A stretch of 63,161 nt of DNA, the filler included, from Nitrospirae bacterium CG2_30_53_67 (GTDB lineage: Bacteria; CG2-30-53-67): the NCBI GenBank assembly GCA_001873285.1. It is 5 parts of 5 records of this genome, joined end to end, with 100 filler letters (N's around TTAATTAATTAA, not from the genome) between each part and the next. Parts side by side here need not be neighbours in the genome. Positions count along the whole stretch, not along the records: positions 1 to 15,855 come from MNYV01000124.1; 4 more parts are not named here. One strand, 5' to 3'. A program made the translations under genes and the position numbers. This document shows, piece by piece, positions 1-13,486 of the stretch. The first letter of the stretch is position 1. Every line of letters starts with the position of its first letter. The notes under the pieces were generated by a model. It did not search any database. It saw only the letters and a program-made list of their open reading frames with translations, and had not been told where the DNA came from.

Positions 1-247
1 CATGGAAGAGGGAGGCCGGCATACGCCGTTTTTCAAGGGATACCGGCCCCAGTTTTATTTTCGGACCACGGACGTGACCGGCGTGGTGACGCTTCCGGAA
101 GGGGTTGAGATGGTCATGCCTGGGGACAACATATCGGTTCAGGTGGAGCTGATCACCCCGATCGCCATGGAGAAAGAGCTTCGGTTTGCCATCCGAGAAG
201 GCGGGCGGACCGTAGGCGCCGGCGTCATCAGCGAGATCATCGAATAG
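1..247 (+). CDS. tuf: Elongation factor Tu, 3' part (contig edge)
   Basis: [26 protein letters not shown]...[14 protein letters not shown] is the EF-Tu C-terminus; followed by rpmG-secE-nusG. Confidence 0.98.
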   Translation, partial: MEEGGRHTPFFKGYRPQFYFRTTDVTGVVTLPEGVEMVMPGDNISVQVELITPIAMEKELRFAIREGGRTVGAGVISEIIE

Positions 248-255
248 GCAAGACA

Positions 256-288
256 AAATTTGAAATTTGAGATCTGAAATTTGAAATA
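256..288. repeat. Short heptamer tandem repeat (TTTGAAA-type)
   Basis: AAAATTTGAAATTTGAGATCTGAAATTTGAAAT; a similar tract lies at 15568-15600. Confidence 0.7.
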
Positions 289-300
289 GGACAAAAAGAC

Positions 301-453
301 ATGCGAGAGATCGTGACATTGGTTTGTGCGGAGTGTAAACAGAAAAACTACACGACGACCAAAAACAAAAAATCCGCGCCGGACAAGCTGGAGTTCAAAA
401 AATATTGTCCTTTCTGCAGGACCCACACCACCCACAAGGAAGGGAAAAAATAG
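301..453 (+). CDS. rpmG: 50S ribosomal protein L33 (Zn-binding type; not in ORF track)
   Basis: Manual translation [50 protein letters not shown]; two CxxC motifs; canonical position. Confidence 0.97.
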   Translation: MREIVTLVCAECKQKNYTTTKNKKSAPDKLEFKKYCPFCRTHTTHKEGKK

Positions 454-493
454 GGGGAGGATTTTTCGGCGGGCGTGCAGAAGAAAAACCCGT

Positions 494-570
494 AGGCCAG
501 TAGCTCTAACGGCTAGAGCAGCGGACTCCAAATCCGCGGGTTGGGGGTTCGAATCCCTCCTGGCCTGCCA
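494..570 (+). tRNA. tRNA-Trp (CCA)
   Basis: AGGCCAG acceptor stem; anticodon arm GCGGA-CTCCAAA-TCCGC; GTTCGAATC T-loop; encoded CCA end. Confidence 0.97.
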
Positions 571-625
571 GGAAACATGAGAGGGCATTGGAAAGGCTCT
601 CTTTTAGAGCAAAGAAAGGCGATCT

Positions 626-811
626 GTGATGCAGAAGATCCGGACCTTCCTTGAAGAGGTCAAGGGAGAGATGAAGAAGGTGACTTGGCCGACTTTTTTG
701 CAGACCAAGGGTTCCACCTGGGTGGTGATCATCATGGTCCTGATGATCGGCGTCTATTTCGGCGTCATTGATTTTTTTCTGGCAAAATTCATCCATATTT
801 TCCTCGGCTGA
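626..811 (+). CDS. secE: Preprotein translocase subunit SecE
   Basis: FLEEVKGEMKKVTWP motif plus one TM helix; lies between tRNA-Trp and nusG. Confidence 0.96.
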   Translation: MMQKIRTFLEEVKGEMKKVTWPTFLQTKGSTWVVIIMVLMIGVYFGVIDFFLAKFIHIFLG

Positions 812-836
812 TACAGGCAGCGGGGCTGGAGTCGTC

Positions 837-1370
837 ATGGCCGTTCAGTGGTATGTCGTCCATACCTATTCAGGATTTGAAGGAAAGGTCAAAGAACATA
901 TCCTCAAAAAGGTCGAGTCCCTCGGCCTGCAGGAGCAGATTTCAGAAATGATCATTCCTTCTGAGGACATTGTTGAACTGAGGGGCGGGAAGAAGAGAAG
1001 ATCTTCAAGAAAGTTCTTTCCGGGATATATTCTGGTCAAAATGGAAATGAATGATGAAACCTGGCACATTGTCAACAGCACCCCCAAGGTGACGGGATTT
1101 CTGGGAGGAACCAAGAATCCGACGCCTCTGAAAGAGGAGGAGATGCAGGAGGTGCTCCAGCAGATGGATGCAGGGGTGGTGAGAACAACGTCAAAAGGGA
1201 ATTTCGACAAGGGTGAAGTGGTGCGGATCGTGGACGGTCCTTTTGTCAATTTCAACGGGGTGGTGGATGAAGTCCATCCGGACCAGGGGAAACTGCGTGT
1301 GATGGTCAGCATCTTCGGAAGGGCCACCCCGGTGGAGCTTGAATTTCTGCAGGTCGAGAAGGAAAAGTAG
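837..1370 (+). CDS. nusG: Transcription termination/antitermination factor NusG
   Basis: [22 protein letters not shown] domain, [15 protein letters not shown] at 837 preferred over the ORF-track start. Confidence 0.98.
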   Translation: MAVQWYVVHTYSGFEGKVKEHILKKVESLGLQEQISEMIIPSEDIVELRGGKKRRSSRKFFPGYILVKMEMNDETWHIVNSTPKVTGFLGGTKNPTPLKEEEMQEVLQQMDAGVVRTTSKGNFDKGEVVRIVDGPFVNFNGVVDEVHPDQGKLRVMVSIFGRATPVELEFLQVEKEK

Positions 1371-1383
1371 CATATAAGATTTA

Positions 1384-1621
1384 ATCATCTCCAAAAGAGT
1401 GGGTGAAAACATCAGGGGCCAAGGGGTCAAGGATTCCAGGGGTCAAGTGAAGTGCAAAAAACATAAGGGGCCGAGGGTCCTAGGGGTCAAGGGTTCCAGT
1501 GTTTTTCTCTGGAGATTTTGCTTGCGTTCTTGTACTCGGTTTACCGGTATCGGTATTTCACTTGACCCCTTGAACCCTGGAATCCTCGAACCCTTCTTAC
1601 CCAATAGATGGGAGAAGAACC
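1384..1621 (+). repeat. Octamer-based intergenic repeat, family A, copy 1
   Basis: Starts ATCATCTCCAAAAGAGTGGGTGAAAAC; has GGGGTCAA/GGATTCCA arms and inverted TTGACCCC arms; ends TTACCCAATAGATGGGAGAAGAACC. Confidence 0.9.
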
Positions 1622-1651
1622 AGATTTAAGATTATGGAGGAATGAAAGAAG

Positions 1652-2074
1652 ATGGCCAAGGAAGTGATCGCAAAGATAAAATTGCAGGTGACGGCAGGGG
1701 CTGCGAATCCCTCTCCTCCTGTGGGGCCCGCGCTCGGGCAGCACGGTGTCAACATCATGGAGTTCTGCAAGGCCTATAATGCCCGCACCCAAAATCAGCA
1801 GGGGATGATCATCCCTGTTGAAATTACGGTCTATGCAGATCGTTCTTTTACCTTCATCACCAAGACTCCGCCTGCGGCCACGCTTCTCAAGAAGGCTGCC
1901 GGTATTGACAAGGGGTCTGGGGAGCCGCACATGAAAAAGGTGGGCAAGGTGAGCCGTGACGAGGTCAGAAAGATAGCTGAGCTCAAGATGCCGGATCTCA
2001 ATGCCAAGGATCTCGAAGGGGCCATGAAGATCATCGCCGGGACGGCGCGCAGCATGGGTATCGAGGTGGAATAG
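1652..2074 (+). CDS. rplK: 50S ribosomal protein L11
   Basis: [38 protein letters not shown]. Confidence 0.99.
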   Translation: MAKEVIAKIKLQVTAGAANPSPPVGPALGQHGVNIMEFCKAYNARTQNQQGMIIPVEITVYADRSFTFITKTPPAATLLKKAAGIDKGSGEPHMKKVGKVSRDEVRKIAELKMPDLNAKDLEGAMKIIAGTARSMGIEVE

Positions 2075-2084
2075 GAGTCGACCG

Positions 2085-2792
2085 ATGAAAAAAGCAGGGA
2101 AGAAATATCAGGCAGCTCTGGAGAAAGTGAACAGGCTAAAACTCTATCCGATCAAGGAAGCCTTTGAACTGGTATCCCAGACAAAGGCTGCAAGCTATGA
2201 CGAGAGTGTGGACATCGCCGTGAGGCTGGGGGTCAATCCCAAATATTCGGACCAGATGGTGCGGGGCGCCGTGGCGCTGCCGCATGGGACCGGGAAAAGC
2301 GTACGCGTTCTGGTCTTTGCCAAAGGCGAAAAGGAAAAGGAGGCCAGGGATGCCGGAGCGGACATGGTCGGCGCTGAAGATCTGGTTGCGAAGATCAAAG
2401 GGGGATGGCTGGAGTTCGACCGGGTGATTGCCACGCCGGACATGATGGGACTGGTCGGCCCATTGGGTAAAATCCTCGGCCCACGGGGGCTGATGCCCAA
2501 TCCGAAATTGGGCACGGTGACCTTTGAACTGGCCCGGACCGTCAAGGAGATCAAGGCCGGAAAGATCGAGTTCCGTACGGAAAAAGCCGGGATTGTTCAC
2601 GCCATACTCGGCAAGTCATCCTTCGATTCTCAAAAACTTTATGAAAACAGCGCCGCTTTTTTTGAGATCCTGTTTAAACTGAAACCCGCGAGCAGCAAGG
2701 GCCAGTACTTAAGGAGCGTCGTGATCTCCACGACCATGGGGCCGGGCATCAAACTGGATCCGGTCGAGATCATGAATTTTTTTGGTCATTAA
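2085..2792 (+). CDS. rplA: 50S ribosomal protein L1
   Basis: [39 protein letters not shown]. Confidence 0.99.
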   Translation: MKKAGKKYQAALEKVNRLKLYPIKEAFELVSQTKAASYDESVDIAVRLGVNPKYSDQMVRGAVALPHGTGKSVRVLVFAKGEKEKEARDAGADMVGAEDLVAKIKGGWLEFDRVIATPDMMGLVGPLGKILGPRGLMPNPKLGTVTFELARTVKEIKAGKIEFRTEKAGIVHAILGKSSFDSQKLYENSAAFFEILFKLKPASSKGQYLRSVVISTTMGPGIKLDPVEIMNFFGH

Positions 2793-2861
2793 ATAAGTAT
2801 TTTATTTATTCAAACCCCTGAGATTTCGACGGGCAGGATACCCGCCGGGCCTTTTGGGTCA

Positions 2862-2936
2862 ACCTGTCAGAGACAGCAGGCGGTCTCTTTGAGATGAGAG
2901 TCTTAATCGGGGTATCCCGGCCTGCCGAGGCAGATC
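2862..2936 (+). promoter_or_regulatory. L10 leader (rplJL autoregulatory RNA)
   Basis: AGACAGCAGG...TTAA...CCTGCCGAGG pattern directly upstream of rplJ. Confidence 0.8.
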
Positions 2937-3058
2937 GTATTCCGCTTTTTTATGGAAAAGGTTCTGTCCTCTGATGGTGTGCACAGGCATCAAATTCCGG
3001 ATGAATCATTCCGGGAACCCAGCCTGTGAACAGATTAGAGGAAAGGAGGAGTGAGCCG

Positions 3059-3577
3059 TTGAACAAACAGGAAAAGATAGAGATGGTTGCAGCTCTGCGG
3101 GAAAAATTCTCCAGGGCTAAAATGGCATTGCTGACGGATTACCGAGGCATGAGCGTCTCCGAGATGACCGGACTCCGCAGGAAACTACGGGGCGCATCCG
3201 TGGAATACGGCGTCGTCAAAAACAGCCTGGCGAGAATCGCATCAGATGGGACGACCTTGGAGCCGATCAAGGATCAATTTGAAGGTCCTACAGCAGTCGT
3301 GTTGAGTTACGAGGACCCGGTTGCGCCGGCCAAGATTCTGACCGATGCTCTCAAGGAGAATAAATACCTGGCGATCCGCACAGGCGTTTTCGAAGGAGCG
3401 GTTCTCAGCAAGGCCGAGATCGCTACCCTCGCGTCTCTCCCTTCACGGGAAGCGCTTCTCGGCATGTTCCTGCGGGTTCTTCAGAGTCCGCTGACCGGGT
3501 TGATGACGGTGATGCAGGCGCCCTTGAGAAATTTGCTGAACGCCTTGAATGCCGTAAAGGAAAAGAAGGCCGCGTAG
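3059..3577 (+). CDS. rplJ: 50S ribosomal protein L10
   Basis: TTG start after AGGAGG; DYRGMSVSEMTGLR, VVKNSLA, LASLPSRE. Confidence 0.97.
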   Translation: MNKQEKIEMVAALREKFSRAKMALLTDYRGMSVSEMTGLRRKLRGASVEYGVVKNSLARIASDGTTLEPIKDQFEGPTAVVLSYEDPVAPAKILTDALKENKYLAIRTGVFEGAVLSKAEIATLASLPSREALLGMFLRVLQSPLTGLMTVMQAPLRNLLNALNAVKEKKAA

Positions 3578-3688
3578 TAAGGCCGGGAGGAAAGAGGGCT
3601 CGTGGAGAGGTGCTGCTGTTCGTTTATGTAACAAGATCCGATCCGGCGCCAAAGGCATCCGGACATCATGATGGAGGAAGAGTAGAAA

Positions 3689-4066
3689 ATGGCTATAACC
3701 AAAGAAGACGTTTTGAATTATATCGAAAAGGCGAACATGTTGGAAATCTCCGATTTGGTAAAAGAAATCGAGAACAAGTTCGGTGTTTCAGCCGCTCCTG
3801 TGGCTTATGCGGCAGGGCCGCAGGCCGCAGGGGAGGCGGCGGCCGTTGAGGAGAAGACGGCTTTCGATGTGATCCTCTCTGCTGTCGGAGAGAAGAAGAT
3901 CCAGGTGATCAAAGAGGTCAGGGCGATTACCAGTCTCGGACTCAAAGAGGCCAAGGATCTGGTCGAAGGGGCGCCCAAGACCGTGAAAGAAGGGGTCTCC
4001 AAGGAAGAAGCCGCTCAGATCAAGGAGAAACTCTCGGCGGTAGGGGCGACGGTGGAGATCAAGTAG
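3689..4066 (+). CDS. rplL: 50S ribosomal protein L7/L12
   Basis: [10 protein letters not shown]...[27 protein letters not shown]. Confidence 0.99.
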   Translation: MAITKEDVLNYIEKANMLEISDLVKEIENKFGVSAAPVAYAAGPQAAGEAAAVEEKTAFDVILSAVGEKKIQVIKEVRAITSLGLKEAKDLVEGAPKTVKEGVSKEEAAQIKEKLSAVGATVEIK

Positions 4067-4140
4067 GTCTTCCGTTCCCGCCGGGGAAAGCAGCCTCGGC
4101 TGAAGGTTTTTCTGCGATATTGCCCAATGAGGAGTCCCAT

Positions 4141-7100
4141 ATGCATAAGGTGAGCCAGCCCGGTCTCAGGGTTCGGAAAGATTTTTCCAAGATTCGCGCC
4201 GTGATGGATATCCCGGATCTGATCGAGATCCAGAAACGTTCTTACAAGATGTTTCTGCAGGAAGGCATGGCGCCGGACAAGCGTGAAGATACAGGTCTGC
4301 AGTCGGCCTTCAACAGCGTTTTCCCCATCACGGACTTCAACGAGACACTCTCTCTTGAGTTCGTGGATTACTCCCTTGGCGAACCCAAGTATGACATCAT
4401 TGAATGCCTGCAACGCGGGGCGACCTATGCGGCGCCTCTTCGAGCCCGCATGCGTCTGATTGTCTACGACGTTCCTGAGGAGGGCAAAGGGAACAGGTCG
4501 GTCCGGGACATCAAGGAACAGGAAGTCTACCTGGGGGAGATCCCTCTCATGACGCCGAACGGGACCTTTATCGTCAACGGGACCGAGCGCGTCATCGTCA
4601 GTCAGCTCCACCGGTCACCGGGCGCCTTCTTCAGTTATGAGAAGGGGAAGACCAGTTCCGAGAAGCTCCTCTATACGGCCAGGATCATCCCGTACCGGGG
4701 TTCATGGCTCGATTTCGAGTTTGACTCCAAGGACCTGCTCTATGTCCGCATCGACCGCAGAAGAAAGCTTCTCGCGACCATCCTGCTCAGGGCGCTGGGT
4801 TTCAGCGCCCAGCAGCTGCTGAAGATCTATTACCAGACGGAAAGATTGCACGTGGATGACAAGGAGAACATCATCAAGGACGTGAATCCCGATGTTCTGA
4901 AGGGGACACGCGCCACGTCGAACATTTATGCGCCGGGCGCCCGGAAGATCATTGTCAAGGAGGGGTACAAGATCACCAAGGTCGCCCTGAAGCGCATTGT
5001 CGAATCCGGTCTGAAGGAGATGAAGGTCCAGAAAGAGGAACTGCTCGGAAGGGTCGTTCTTGATGACATTGTGGATCCGTCAACCGGCGAAGTCCTCGTG
5101 GAAGGGAACACCGAGCTGACCGAAGATATGGTGAATACCATTCTACAGAGAAAAGTCCGGGAATTTGAGATCCTTTTCATAGACAATATCCATGTCAGCT
5201 CGGCCCTCAGGGACACCCTGGCCCATGACAAGGTGGCCTCTCCCGAGGAAGCCATGATCGAGATCTACAAACGGATGCGGCCGGGAGAACCGCCTACGCT
5301 GGAGACGGCCAGGCATCTCTTTAACGACCTCTTCTTCAATCCTCGGCGCTACGATCTTTCTCCTGTGGGGCGTCTCAAGATGAACCACAAACTCGGCCTG
5401 GATATTCCCAGGGATGCCCGCACCCTGACCAAAGAGGATATCATCCGCACTGTCAAACACCTGATCGACTTGAAAAACGGGATCGGCGCCGTGGACGACA
5501 TTGATCATCTCGGGAACCGGCGGGTCCGGTCCGTGGGTGAGCTGCTGGAAAACCAGATCCGCATCGGCCTGGTCCGGATGGAACGGACCATCCGTGAGCG
5601 GATGAACCTTCAGGATGCGGAGACGGTCCTTCCCAAGACCCTGATCAACGCCAAGCCGGTTTCTGCGGCCATCAAGGAATTCTTCGGGAGCAGCCAGCTT
5701 TCACAGTTCATGGACCAGACCAATCCTCTCTCCGAGATCACGCACAAGCGGAGGCTCTCAGCCCTGGGGCCGGGCGGACTGACGCGGGAGCGGGCCGGAT
5801 TTGCCGTCCGGGACGTGCACCCGACCCATTACGGGAGGATTTGTCCGATCGAGACCCCTGAAGGTCCCAATATCGGACTGATCACCTCTCTTTCCACCTA
5901 TGCCCGTGTCAATGAATACGGTTTTATTGAAGCCCCCTATTCAAAGGCAGAGAACGGATGGATTACCGACCAGGTGAAATTCCTCAACGCGCTGGAAGGG
6001 GAACAGTATGTCATCGCTCAGGCCAATACGCCGCTCGATGCCAAGGGAAAGATCTCCGTCAGCCTGGTCTCTGCGAGGAAACAGGGGGATTTTATCATGG
6101 TCCCGCCGGAACAGGTGGACTATATGGATGTCTCTCCGAAACAGATGGTGAGCGTGGCCACAGCGCTGATTCCTTTCCTTGAGCATGACGATGCCAACCG
6201 GGCCCTCATGGGTTCCAATATGCAGCGTCAGGCTGTTCCGCTTCTCAAGACCGAGGCCCCGATCGTGGGGACCGGTATGGAATCCGTGGTGGCCAGGGAC
6301 TCAGGCGTGGTTTCGATCGCCCGCAGACCCGGGGTGGTGGACTATGTGGACGCCCAGAAGATCGTGATCAAGGCGGACAAGGAGAAGCAGGGGAGATCCT
6401 CGACCGGATCGCGCCTCGACATCTATAATCTTCTTAAGTATCAGCGGTCCAATCAAAATACTTGCATCAACCAGAAGCCCATCGTGAAAAAAGGCGACCA
6501 CGTGGTTCAGGGACAGATCATTGCAGACGGTCCCGCGACGGACCAGGGGGAACTGGCGCTGGGACAGAACGTTCTGGTGGCCTTCATGCCGTGGCGGGGG
6601 TTTAATTATGAAGACGCCATCCTGATCAGCGAGAAGCTCGCCCGGGAGGACCGATACACCTCGATTCACATCGAGGAGTTCATGATGGAGGCGAGGGACA
6701 CGAAACTCGGGCAGGAGGATATCACCCGGGACATTCCGAACGTCAGTGAGGAAGGACTCCGGGATCTGGACGAAAGCGGCATTGTCCGAATCGGGGCCGA
6801 GGTCAAACACGGCGACATCCTGGTCGGGAAGGTCACCCCCAAGGGTGAGACGCAACTGACCCCGGAAGAAAAACTGCTCCGGGCCATTTTTGGAGAGAAG
6901 GCCGGAGACGTACGGGACGCCTCGCTCCGGGTTCCTCCAGGAATCGAGGGGACGGTGGTGGATGTCAGGGTTTTTGTGCGCCGAGGAGTGGACAAGGATG
7001 AACGGACCTTGAGCATGGAAGATGAGGATATCCTGAAGATCCAGAAGGACTATGAAGAAGAGATGCGGATCATTCAGGAGGAGTATCTTTCCAAGAAGAG

Positions 7101-8097
7101 GAGCCTGCTGGTCGGATACAAGGTCGTTGAATCCGTCCGTCACCCGGAGAAGAAGAAAGTCCTTCTTAAAAAAGGCGGCGTTTTGTCCCCGGAGATCATC
7201 GAAGAAATCCCGCTGGATTTATTCGAGTCCATTGAAGTGGAAACCGATGACAGCCTTAAGGAAAAGCGGGAGGCGCTGGAAGACCGGCATCAGGAGAACC
7301 TGGCGGATATCCAGACCTTCTACGATGAGAAGATCAACCGGGTACGCAAGGGCGACGAGCTCCCTCCGGGAGTCATCAAGATGGTCAAGGTCTACGTGGC
7401 CATGAAGCGCAGGCTTTCCGTGGGCGATAAAATGGCGGGGCGCCACGGGAACAAGGGCGTCGTGTCGAAGATCCTTCCCATAGAGGACATGCCCTATCTT
7501 CCGGATGGAAGGTCAGTGGACATCGTTCTTAATCCCCTCGGAGTCCCATCCCGAATGAACATCGGCCAGATCCTGGAGACCCATTTGGGCTGGGCGGCGA
7601 AGGCCTTGGGGCTGTACATTGCCACGCCGGTATTTGACGGGGCCACGGAGAAAGAAATCAAAGAGATGCTGAAAAAAGCCGGCCTTCCGACCCGGGGACA
7701 GTCGGTCCTCTATGACGGGAAAACCGGCGAGCCCTTCCATCAGGATGTGACGGTGGGCTGCATGTATATCATGAAGCTCCATCATTTGGTCGACGACAAA
7801 CTGCATGCGAGATCCATCGGGCCCTATTCTCTGGTCACCCAGCAGCCTCTCGGCGGCAAGGCCCAATTCGGAGGACAGCGTCTGGGCGAGATGGAGGTAT
7901 GGGCCTTGGAGGCCTACGGGGCGGCCCATACCCTTCAGGAGTTCCTGACTGTCAAATCAGACGATGTGTCGGGACGCACCCGGATTTACGAGTCGATCGT
8001 AAAAGGGCAGAATATTCTGGAGTGCGGACTGCCCGAATCCTTCAACGTTCTGGTCAAAGAACTTCAGAGCCTTTGTCTGGATGTGGAATTGATATAG
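4141..8097 (+). CDS. rpoB: RNA polymerase beta subunit
   Basis: [60 protein letters not shown]. Confidence 0.99.
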   Translation: MHKVSQPGLRVRKDFSKIRAVMDIPDLIEIQKRSYKMFLQEGMAPDKREDTGLQSAFNSVFPITDFNETLSLEFVDYSLGEPKYDIIECLQRGATYAAPLRARMRLIVYDVPEEGKGNRSVRDIKEQEVYLGEIPLMTPNGTFIVNGTERVIVSQLHRSPGAFFSYEKGKTSSEKLLYTARIIPYRGSWLDFEFDSKDLLYVRIDRRRKLLATILLRALGFSAQQLLKIYYQTERLHVDDKENIIKDVNPDVLKGTRATSNIYAPGARKIIVKEGYKITKVALKRIVESGLKEMKVQKEELLGRVVLDDIVDPSTGEVLVEGNTELTEDMVNTILQRKVREFEILFIDNIHVSSALRDTLAHDKVASPEEAMIEIYKRMRPGEPPTLETARHLFNDLFFNPRRYDLSPVGRLKMNHKLGLDIPRDARTLTKEDIIRTVKHLIDLKNGIGAVDDIDHLGNRRVRSVGELLENQIRIGLVRMERTIRERMNLQDAETVLPKTLINAKPVSAAIKEFFGSSQLSQFMDQTNPLSEITHKRRLSALGPGGLTRERAGFAVRDVHPTHYGRICPIETPEGPNIGLITSLSTYARVNEYGFIEAPYSKAENGWITDQVKFLNALEGEQYVIAQANTPLDAKGKISVSLVSARKQGDFIMVPPEQVDYMDVSPKQMVSVATALIPFLEHDDANRALMGSNMQRQAVPLLKTEAPIVGTGMESVVARDSGVVSIARRPGVVDYVDAQKIVIKADKEKQGRSSTGSRLDIYNLLKYQRSNQNTCINQKPIVKKGDHVVQGQIIADGPATDQGELALGQNVLVAFMPWRGFNYEDAILISEKLAREDRYTSIHIEEFMMEARDTKLGQEDITRDIPNVSEEGLRDLDESGIVRIGAEVKHGDILVGKVTPKGETQLTPEEKLLRAIFGEKAGDVRDASLRVPPGIEGTVVDVRVFVRRGVDKDERTLSMEDEDILKIQKDYEEEMRIIQEEYLSKKRSLLVGYKVVESVRHPEKKKVLLKKGGVLSPEIIEEIPLDLFESIEVETDDSLKEKREALEDRHQENLADIQTFYDEKINRVRKGDELPPGVIKMVKVYVAMKRRLSVGDKMAGRHGNKGVVSKILPIEDMPYLPDGRSVDIVLNPLGVPSRMNIGQILETHLGWAAKALGLYIATPVFDGATEKEIKEMLKKAGLPTRGQSVLYDGKTGEPFHQDVTVGCMYIMKLHHLVDDKLHARSIGPYSLVTQQPLGGKAQFGGQRLGEMEVWALEAYGAAHTLQEFLTVKSDDVSGRTRIYESIVKGQNILECGLPESFNVLVKELQSLCLDVELI

Positions 8098-8104
8098 ATA
8101 AATA

Positions 8105-8204
8105 GGGTTCAAGGGGTCGAGGGGTCAAGGATTCAAGTGAGAAGAAGAGAAAATGGTTGGGAAAAGAACACTTGAACCCTGGGACCCTTGGACCCTTGAA
8201 CCCT
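8105..8204 (+). repeat. Family A octamer inverted repeat (short form) between rpoB and rpoC
   Basis: GGGTTCAAGGGGTCGAGGGGTCAAGGATTCAAGTG ... CACTTGAACCCTGGGACCCTTGGACCCTTGAACCC. Confidence 0.85.
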
Positions 8205-8225
8205 GTTCTCTCGGAGGGAATACGA

Positions 8226-11200
8226 TTGAAAGACTTATACAGCTTGTTTGATAAACCCAAGAGCGCCGTGAGTTTTGACAAGATCCGCATCGGGATCGCT
8301 TCGGCGGAGAAGATCCGTTCCTGGTCTCATGGGGAAGTGAAAAAGCCGGAGACCATCAACTACCGGACCTTCAAGCCGGAGCGGGACGGGCTTTTCTGCG
8401 CCAAGATTTTTGGTCCCACCAAGGATTGGGAGTGTACCTGCGGAAAGTACAAACGGATGAAGCACCGGGGCGTGATCTGCGACAAGTGCGGTGTGGAGGT
8501 CATCCAGTCCAAGGTGCGGCGAGAGCGCCTCGGCCATATCGAGCTGGCCTGCCCGGTCTCTCATGTCTGGTTCTTCAAGGCCCTTCCCAGCCGGATCGGC
8601 AGCCTGCTGGATCTGACGCTGAAAGAGTTGGAGAAGGTCCTTTATTTTGAATCCTATATCGTGATCGACGGAGGGACGTCCCCCCTGAAACCTTTGACCA
8701 TTTTAAGTGAAGAGCAGTACCGCAAGGCCCGAGAGGACTATGGGGATGCCTTTAAAGCGGGGATCGGGGCCGAGGCCATCAAAAGCGTTCTTTCCGCCCT
8801 GGATCTGGACAAGCTCTCCGAGGAACTCCGGGAAGGCGGCAGGACGGTCAAGTCCAAGGCCCTCAAGGCCAAGATGATTAAACGGCTGAGAGTGGTGGAG
8901 GCCTTCCGGGGTTCCGGAAATCGTCCGGAATGGATGATCCTGGACGTGATCCCCGTCATCCCGCCGGAACTCCGCCCCCTGGTCCCCCTTGAAGGAGGAC
9001 GTTTTGCCACGTCGGACCTGAATGATCTCTACCGGCGCGTGATCAACCGGAACAACCGGCTCCGCAGACTGATCGAGCTCAAGGCGCCTGATGTGATCAT
9101 CCGAAACGAAAAAAGGATGCTTCAGGAGGCCGTTGACGCCCTGTTTGACAACGGCCGGCGCGGGCGGATCATCCGCGGCCCGAACAAACGCCCGCTCAAA
9201 TCCCTAAGCGACATGCTCAAAGGGAAACAGGGGCGTTTCCGTCAGAATCTCCTGGGAAAAAGGGTGGACTATTCCGGGCGTTCCGTAATCGTCGTGGGGC
9301 CGGAATTGAAGCTGAACCAGTGCGGCATCCCTAAGAAGATGGCGCTTGAGCTCTTCAAGCCGTTCATCTTCAATAAACTCGAAGAGAAAGGGTACGTGAC
9401 GACCATCAAGAGCGCCAAGAAGATGGTGGAGAAGATGAAAGAGGAGGTTTGGGATGCCCTGGACGAGGTGATTCAGGAGCATCCGGTTCTCCTGAACCGC
9501 GCCCCGACCCTGCACCGCCTCGGGATCCAGGCCTTTGACCCGATCCTTGTGGAAGGGAAGGCCATCAGGCTTCACCCCCTGGTCTGCGCGGCCTTCAATG
9601 CGGACTTCGATGGAGACCAGATGGCGGTGCACATTCCCCTTTCGGTGGAGGCTCAGACCGAGGCACGGGTCCTCATGCTTTCGATCAACAACATCCTCTC
9701 TCCGGCCAACGGCCGGCCCATTACCATCCCCAGCCAGGACATGGTTCTCGGATGCTACTACATGACCATTGAGGCCCCTGGCGCCAAAGGCGAGGGGATG
9801 CGTTTTTCCAGCATCAATGAGGTCCGGATGGCCTATGATGCGGGGGTGGCCAGCCTCCATGCCAAGGTCTTTGTGAGGATAAACGGCAAGATCGTTGAAA
9901 CCACGATCGGCCGCGCCCTGATCGGCGATATCCTGCCCCCGGGCATTCCGTTTTCAAGCGTGAATCAGCTTCTCAAGAAGAAGACCATCAGTGCGATCAT
10001 CGATGAGGCCTACCGTAGGGTCGGACCCTCGGAGACCGTTATCCTTCTTGACCACCTCAAGGATTTGGGGTTTGAGTTCGCCACACTGTCCGGCGTATCG
10101 GTCTGTCTTGACGACATGCATATTCCGTCCAACAAGCCGAAGATCCTGGACAAGGCCATGAAGGACGTGGATGAAATCTCCAGGCAGTATGCCGACGGGC
10201 TGATCACGGACGGTGAGCGGTACAACAAGGTGATCGATATCTGGGCCCAGGTCACGGATGCCGTTTCCGCCGAAATGATGAAGGAGCTGGGGAGCGAGGA
10301 ACAGGGGAGGGAAAAAAGGGGACGGGAATTCAACCCGATCTTTATGATGGCGGACTCAGGCGCCAGAGGTTCGGCCCAGCAGATCCGGCAGCTTGCCGGC
10401 ATGAGAGGGCTGATGGCCAAGCCGTCCGGAGAGATCATCGAGACCCCGATCACCTCCAATTTCCGTGAAGGACTGACCGTGCTGCAGTACTTCATCTCCA
10501 CGCACGGCGCGCGTAAGGGTCTGGCGGACACGGCCTTGAAGACGGCCAATTCAGGATACCTGACCCGCCGCCTGGTGGATGTGGCTCAGGACAGTATCAT
10601 CCTGGAAAACAACTGCGGGACCCTGGACGGGATCGAGGTCTCCTCCCTGGTGGAGGGGGGCGAGATCATCGAGCCCCTCTATGACCGGATTTTGGGCCGC
10701 TCGGCCGCTGAGGATATTATGGATCCGGACGGCAAGAGCGTCATCGTCAAGGCCGGCGAAGATATAGACGAAAAGACCGCATCCATGATCGTGGATTCGG
10801 GTATCTATACTGTCAAGATCCGTTCCCCATTGACGTGCGAAACCCAGCGAGGGGTCTGCGCCAAGTGTTACGGGCGGGATCTCTCGAGGGGGACCCTGAT
10901 TGATATCGGTGAGGCGGCCGGTGTGATCGCGGCGCAATCCATCGGAGAGCCGGGGACCCAGCTCACCATGAGAACCTTCCATATCGGCGGAACCGCCAGC
11001 CAGGTCGCTGAGCAGACCACGCTCGAAGCCAAAAACAACGGGATCGTGGCCTACGAAAACATCAAGACCGTCATCAACAAAGACGACAAGATCGTGGTCA
11101 TGAACAGAAACGGCCAGCTCCTGATCCTGGACAAAAAAGGAAGGGAGAAGGAGCGGTACAGCGTGGTTTACGGGGCCGCACTCAAGGTCAAGGAAAAACA

Positions 11201-12362
11201 GCCGGTCAATGCAGGAGAGAGTCTGGTGGAATGGGATCCCTATACCGCATCCATCCTGACCGAAGTCGGAGGGAAGGTGGCCTTCGGCGACATTATAGAA
11301 GGCATTTCCATGAGGGAGGAGGTCGATGAGATCACCGGACTCTCGAGAAGGGTGATCATGGATTACTCCCATACGGACCTCAGGCCCAGGCTCTCGATCA
11401 AGGGCGCGGACGGGAAGACCTTGAAGCTTCCCGGCGGGAGGGGCGATGCCCGGTACATCCTTCCGGCAGGGGCCAATATCCATGTTGAGAAGGGCGCGGA
11501 GGTCTATCCTGGGGACGTGCTGGTCAAGATTCCGAGGGAGACCACCAAGACCAAGGACATTACCGGAGGGCTCCCCCGTGTGGCGGAACTTTTCGAGGCC
11601 AGGAAGCCCAAGGAGCAGGCCGTGATCAGCGAGGTGGATGGTGTGGTCAAGGATGGAGGGTTCCTGCGCGGCGCCCGGAGGATTATCGTCGTTACGGAGA
11701 ACGGAGAGGAACACGAATACAACATCCCGAGAGGCAAGCACGTCAACGTCCATGAAGGAGATTTCGTGAAGGCCGGCGAACCCTTGATGGACGGGTCGGC
11801 CAACCCGCACGACATCCTGAGGATCCTGGGGCCGAAGGAACTTCAGAAATACTTTGTGGACGAGATCCAGAAGGTCTATCGCCTCCAGGGCGTCTCCATC
11901 CACGACAAGCATATTGAGATCATCGTCCGGCAGATGCTGAAAAAGGTCGTCATCGAAGAGAGCGGGGACACGGACTTTCTGATTGGAGAGCAGGTGGATA
12001 AGGTTCTCTTCTCCAGAAAGAACGCGGAGATGGTCAAGCAGAAGAAACAGCCGGCCATGGGGAAACCCCTGCTTCTGGGGATCACCAAGGCGTCCCTGAA
12101 CACGGACAGTTTCATCTCGGCAGCGTCTTTCCAGGAGACCACCCGGGCATTGACCGAGGCGTCGATCAGCGGGAAGGTGGATGATCTGGTCGGTCTGAAA
12201 GAGAATGTGATCATGGGGAGGCTGATCCCGGCCGGGACGGGGATCCGCCAGTATCTCGATACCGTAGTCAAGCTGGATGAACCTGAGGAGACTGAGGAGC
12301 CCGTGAAGGAAGAGGCCCCGGGCGGTGAGGTTGCAGGGAGCCTTGAAGAGGCCGCCAAGTAG
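8226..12362 (+). CDS. rpoC: RNA polymerase beta' subunit
   Basis: [12 protein letters not shown] catalytic motif and Zn-finger CTCGKY...CDKC; probable TTG start at 8226 after GGAGGG. Confidence 0.99.
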   Translation: MKDLYSLFDKPKSAVSFDKIRIGIASAEKIRSWSHGEVKKPETINYRTFKPERDGLFCAKIFGPTKDWECTCGKYKRMKHRGVICDKCGVEVIQSKVRRERLGHIELACPVSHVWFFKALPSRIGSLLDLTLKELEKVLYFESYIVIDGGTSPLKPLTILSEEQYRKAREDYGDAFKAGIGAEAIKSVLSALDLDKLSEELREGGRTVKSKALKAKMIKRLRVVEAFRGSGNRPEWMILDVIPVIPPELRPLVPLEGGRFATSDLNDLYRRVINRNNRLRRLIELKAPDVIIRNEKRMLQEAVDALFDNGRRGRIIRGPNKRPLKSLSDMLKGKQGRFRQNLLGKRVDYSGRSVIVVGPELKLNQCGIPKKMALELFKPFIFNKLEEKGYVTTIKSAKKMVEKMKEEVWDALDEVIQEHPVLLNRAPTLHRLGIQAFDPILVEGKAIRLHPLVCAAFNADFDGDQMAVHIPLSVEAQTEARVLMLSINNILSPANGRPITIPSQDMVLGCYYMTIEAPGAKGEGMRFSSINEVRMAYDAGVASLHAKVFVRINGKIVETTIGRALIGDILPPGIPFSSVNQLLKKKTISAIIDEAYRRVGPSETVILLDHLKDLGFEFATLSGVSVCLDDMHIPSNKPKILDKAMKDVDEISRQYADGLITDGERYNKVIDIWAQVTDAVSAEMMKELGSEEQGREKRGREFNPIFMMADSGARGSAQQIRQLAGMRGLMAKPSGEIIETPITSNFREGLTVLQYFISTHGARKGLADTALKTANSGYLTRRLVDVAQDSIILENNCGTLDGIEVSSLVEGGEIIEPLYDRILGRSAAEDIMDPDGKSVIVKAGEDIDEKTASMIVDSGIYTVKIRSPLTCETQRGVCAKCYGRDLSRGTLIDIGEAAGVIAAQSIGEPGTQLTMRTFHIGGTASQVAEQTTLEAKNNGIVAYENIKTVINKDDKIVVMNRNGQLLILDKKGREKERYSVVYGAALKVKEKQPVNAGESLVEWDPYTASILTEVGGKVAFGDIIEGISMREEVDEITGLSRRVIMDYSHTDLRPRLSIKGADGKTLKLPGGRGDARYILPAGANIHVEKGAEVYPGDVLVKIPRETTKTKDITGGLPRVAELFEARKPKEQAVISEVDGVVKDGGFLRGARRIIVVTENGEEHEYNIPRGKHVNVHEGDFVKAGEPLMDGSANPHDILRILGPKELQKYFVDEIQKVYRLQGVSIHDKHIEIIVRQMLKKVVIEESGDTDFLIGEQVDKVLFSRKNAEMVKQKKQPAMGKPLLLGITKASLNTDSFISAASFQETTRALTEASISGKVDDLVGLKENVIMGRLIPAGTGIRQYLDTVVKLDEPEETEEPVKEEAPGGEVAGSLEEAAK

Positions 12363-12429
12363 GATACGAGGATGGCCGGCCGGATCAAAATGCAGGATCA
12401 TAAATATTGTTTCATAGAGCAGAAAAGTC

Positions 12430-12459
12430 TTGACAGGCAGTCTCGATTTCTGCTAAATT
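12430..12459 (+). promoter_or_regulatory. Putative sigma70 promoter of the rpsL operon
   Basis: TTGACA-18 bp-TAAATT with an extended TG. Confidence 0.55.
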
Positions 12460-12563
12460 TCTAAAGTTTCGCTTTAAACGACAACATATCGGGCGGAGAT
12501 TGAAATACTTGTAAAACTGAAGGGTTACACCTCGAAACGGAAGAGGGAGGATGGAGGGAAAAG

Positions 12564-12938
12564 GTGCCGACCATTAATCAGCTGGTCAGAAAAGGAAGGA
12601 AAAAGAGTCCGGTGAAGACCACCGCTCCGGCTTTGCAGGGGAGTCCTCAAAGACGGGGGGTCTGTACGAGGGTTTATACCTCCACGCCGAAGAAGCCGAA
12701 TTCGGCCCTCCGGAAAGTGGCCAGAGTCCGGCTGACGAATGGATACGAGGTAACTTCTTATATACCCGGAGTCGGGCATAATCTGCAGGAGCATTCCATC
12801 GTGCTCATCCGCGGCGGAAGAGTCAAGGATCTTCCCGGTGTCCGGTACCACATCATCCGGGGGACTCTGGATTCCGTGGGGGTTGCGGACCGCAAGCAGA
12901 GCCGGTCGAAATACGGGGCGAAACGGCCCAAGAAATAG
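12564..12938 (+). CDS. rpsL: 30S ribosomal protein S12
   Basis: [27 protein letters not shown]. Confidence 0.99.
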   Translation: MPTINQLVRKGRKKSPVKTTAPALQGSPQRRGVCTRVYTSTPKKPNSALRKVARVRLTNGYEVTSYIPGVGHNLQEHSIVLIRGGRVKDLPGVRYHIIRGTLDSVGVADRKQSRSKYGAKRPKK

Positions 12939-13430
<492 letters not shown>

Positions 13431-13486
13431 ATATGGCGGGAGCCGCTCTGTTGACAGTTCAAGAGAAGGATCGGAGGAAAGCGGTT

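Noticed and set aside
1399..1629. 76-aa ORF between nusG and rplK, and similar ORFs at 41106-41291, 47748-47966 and 49578-49766
   Set aside because: They are translations of repeat or MITE sequence and are not kept as ORFs across copies.
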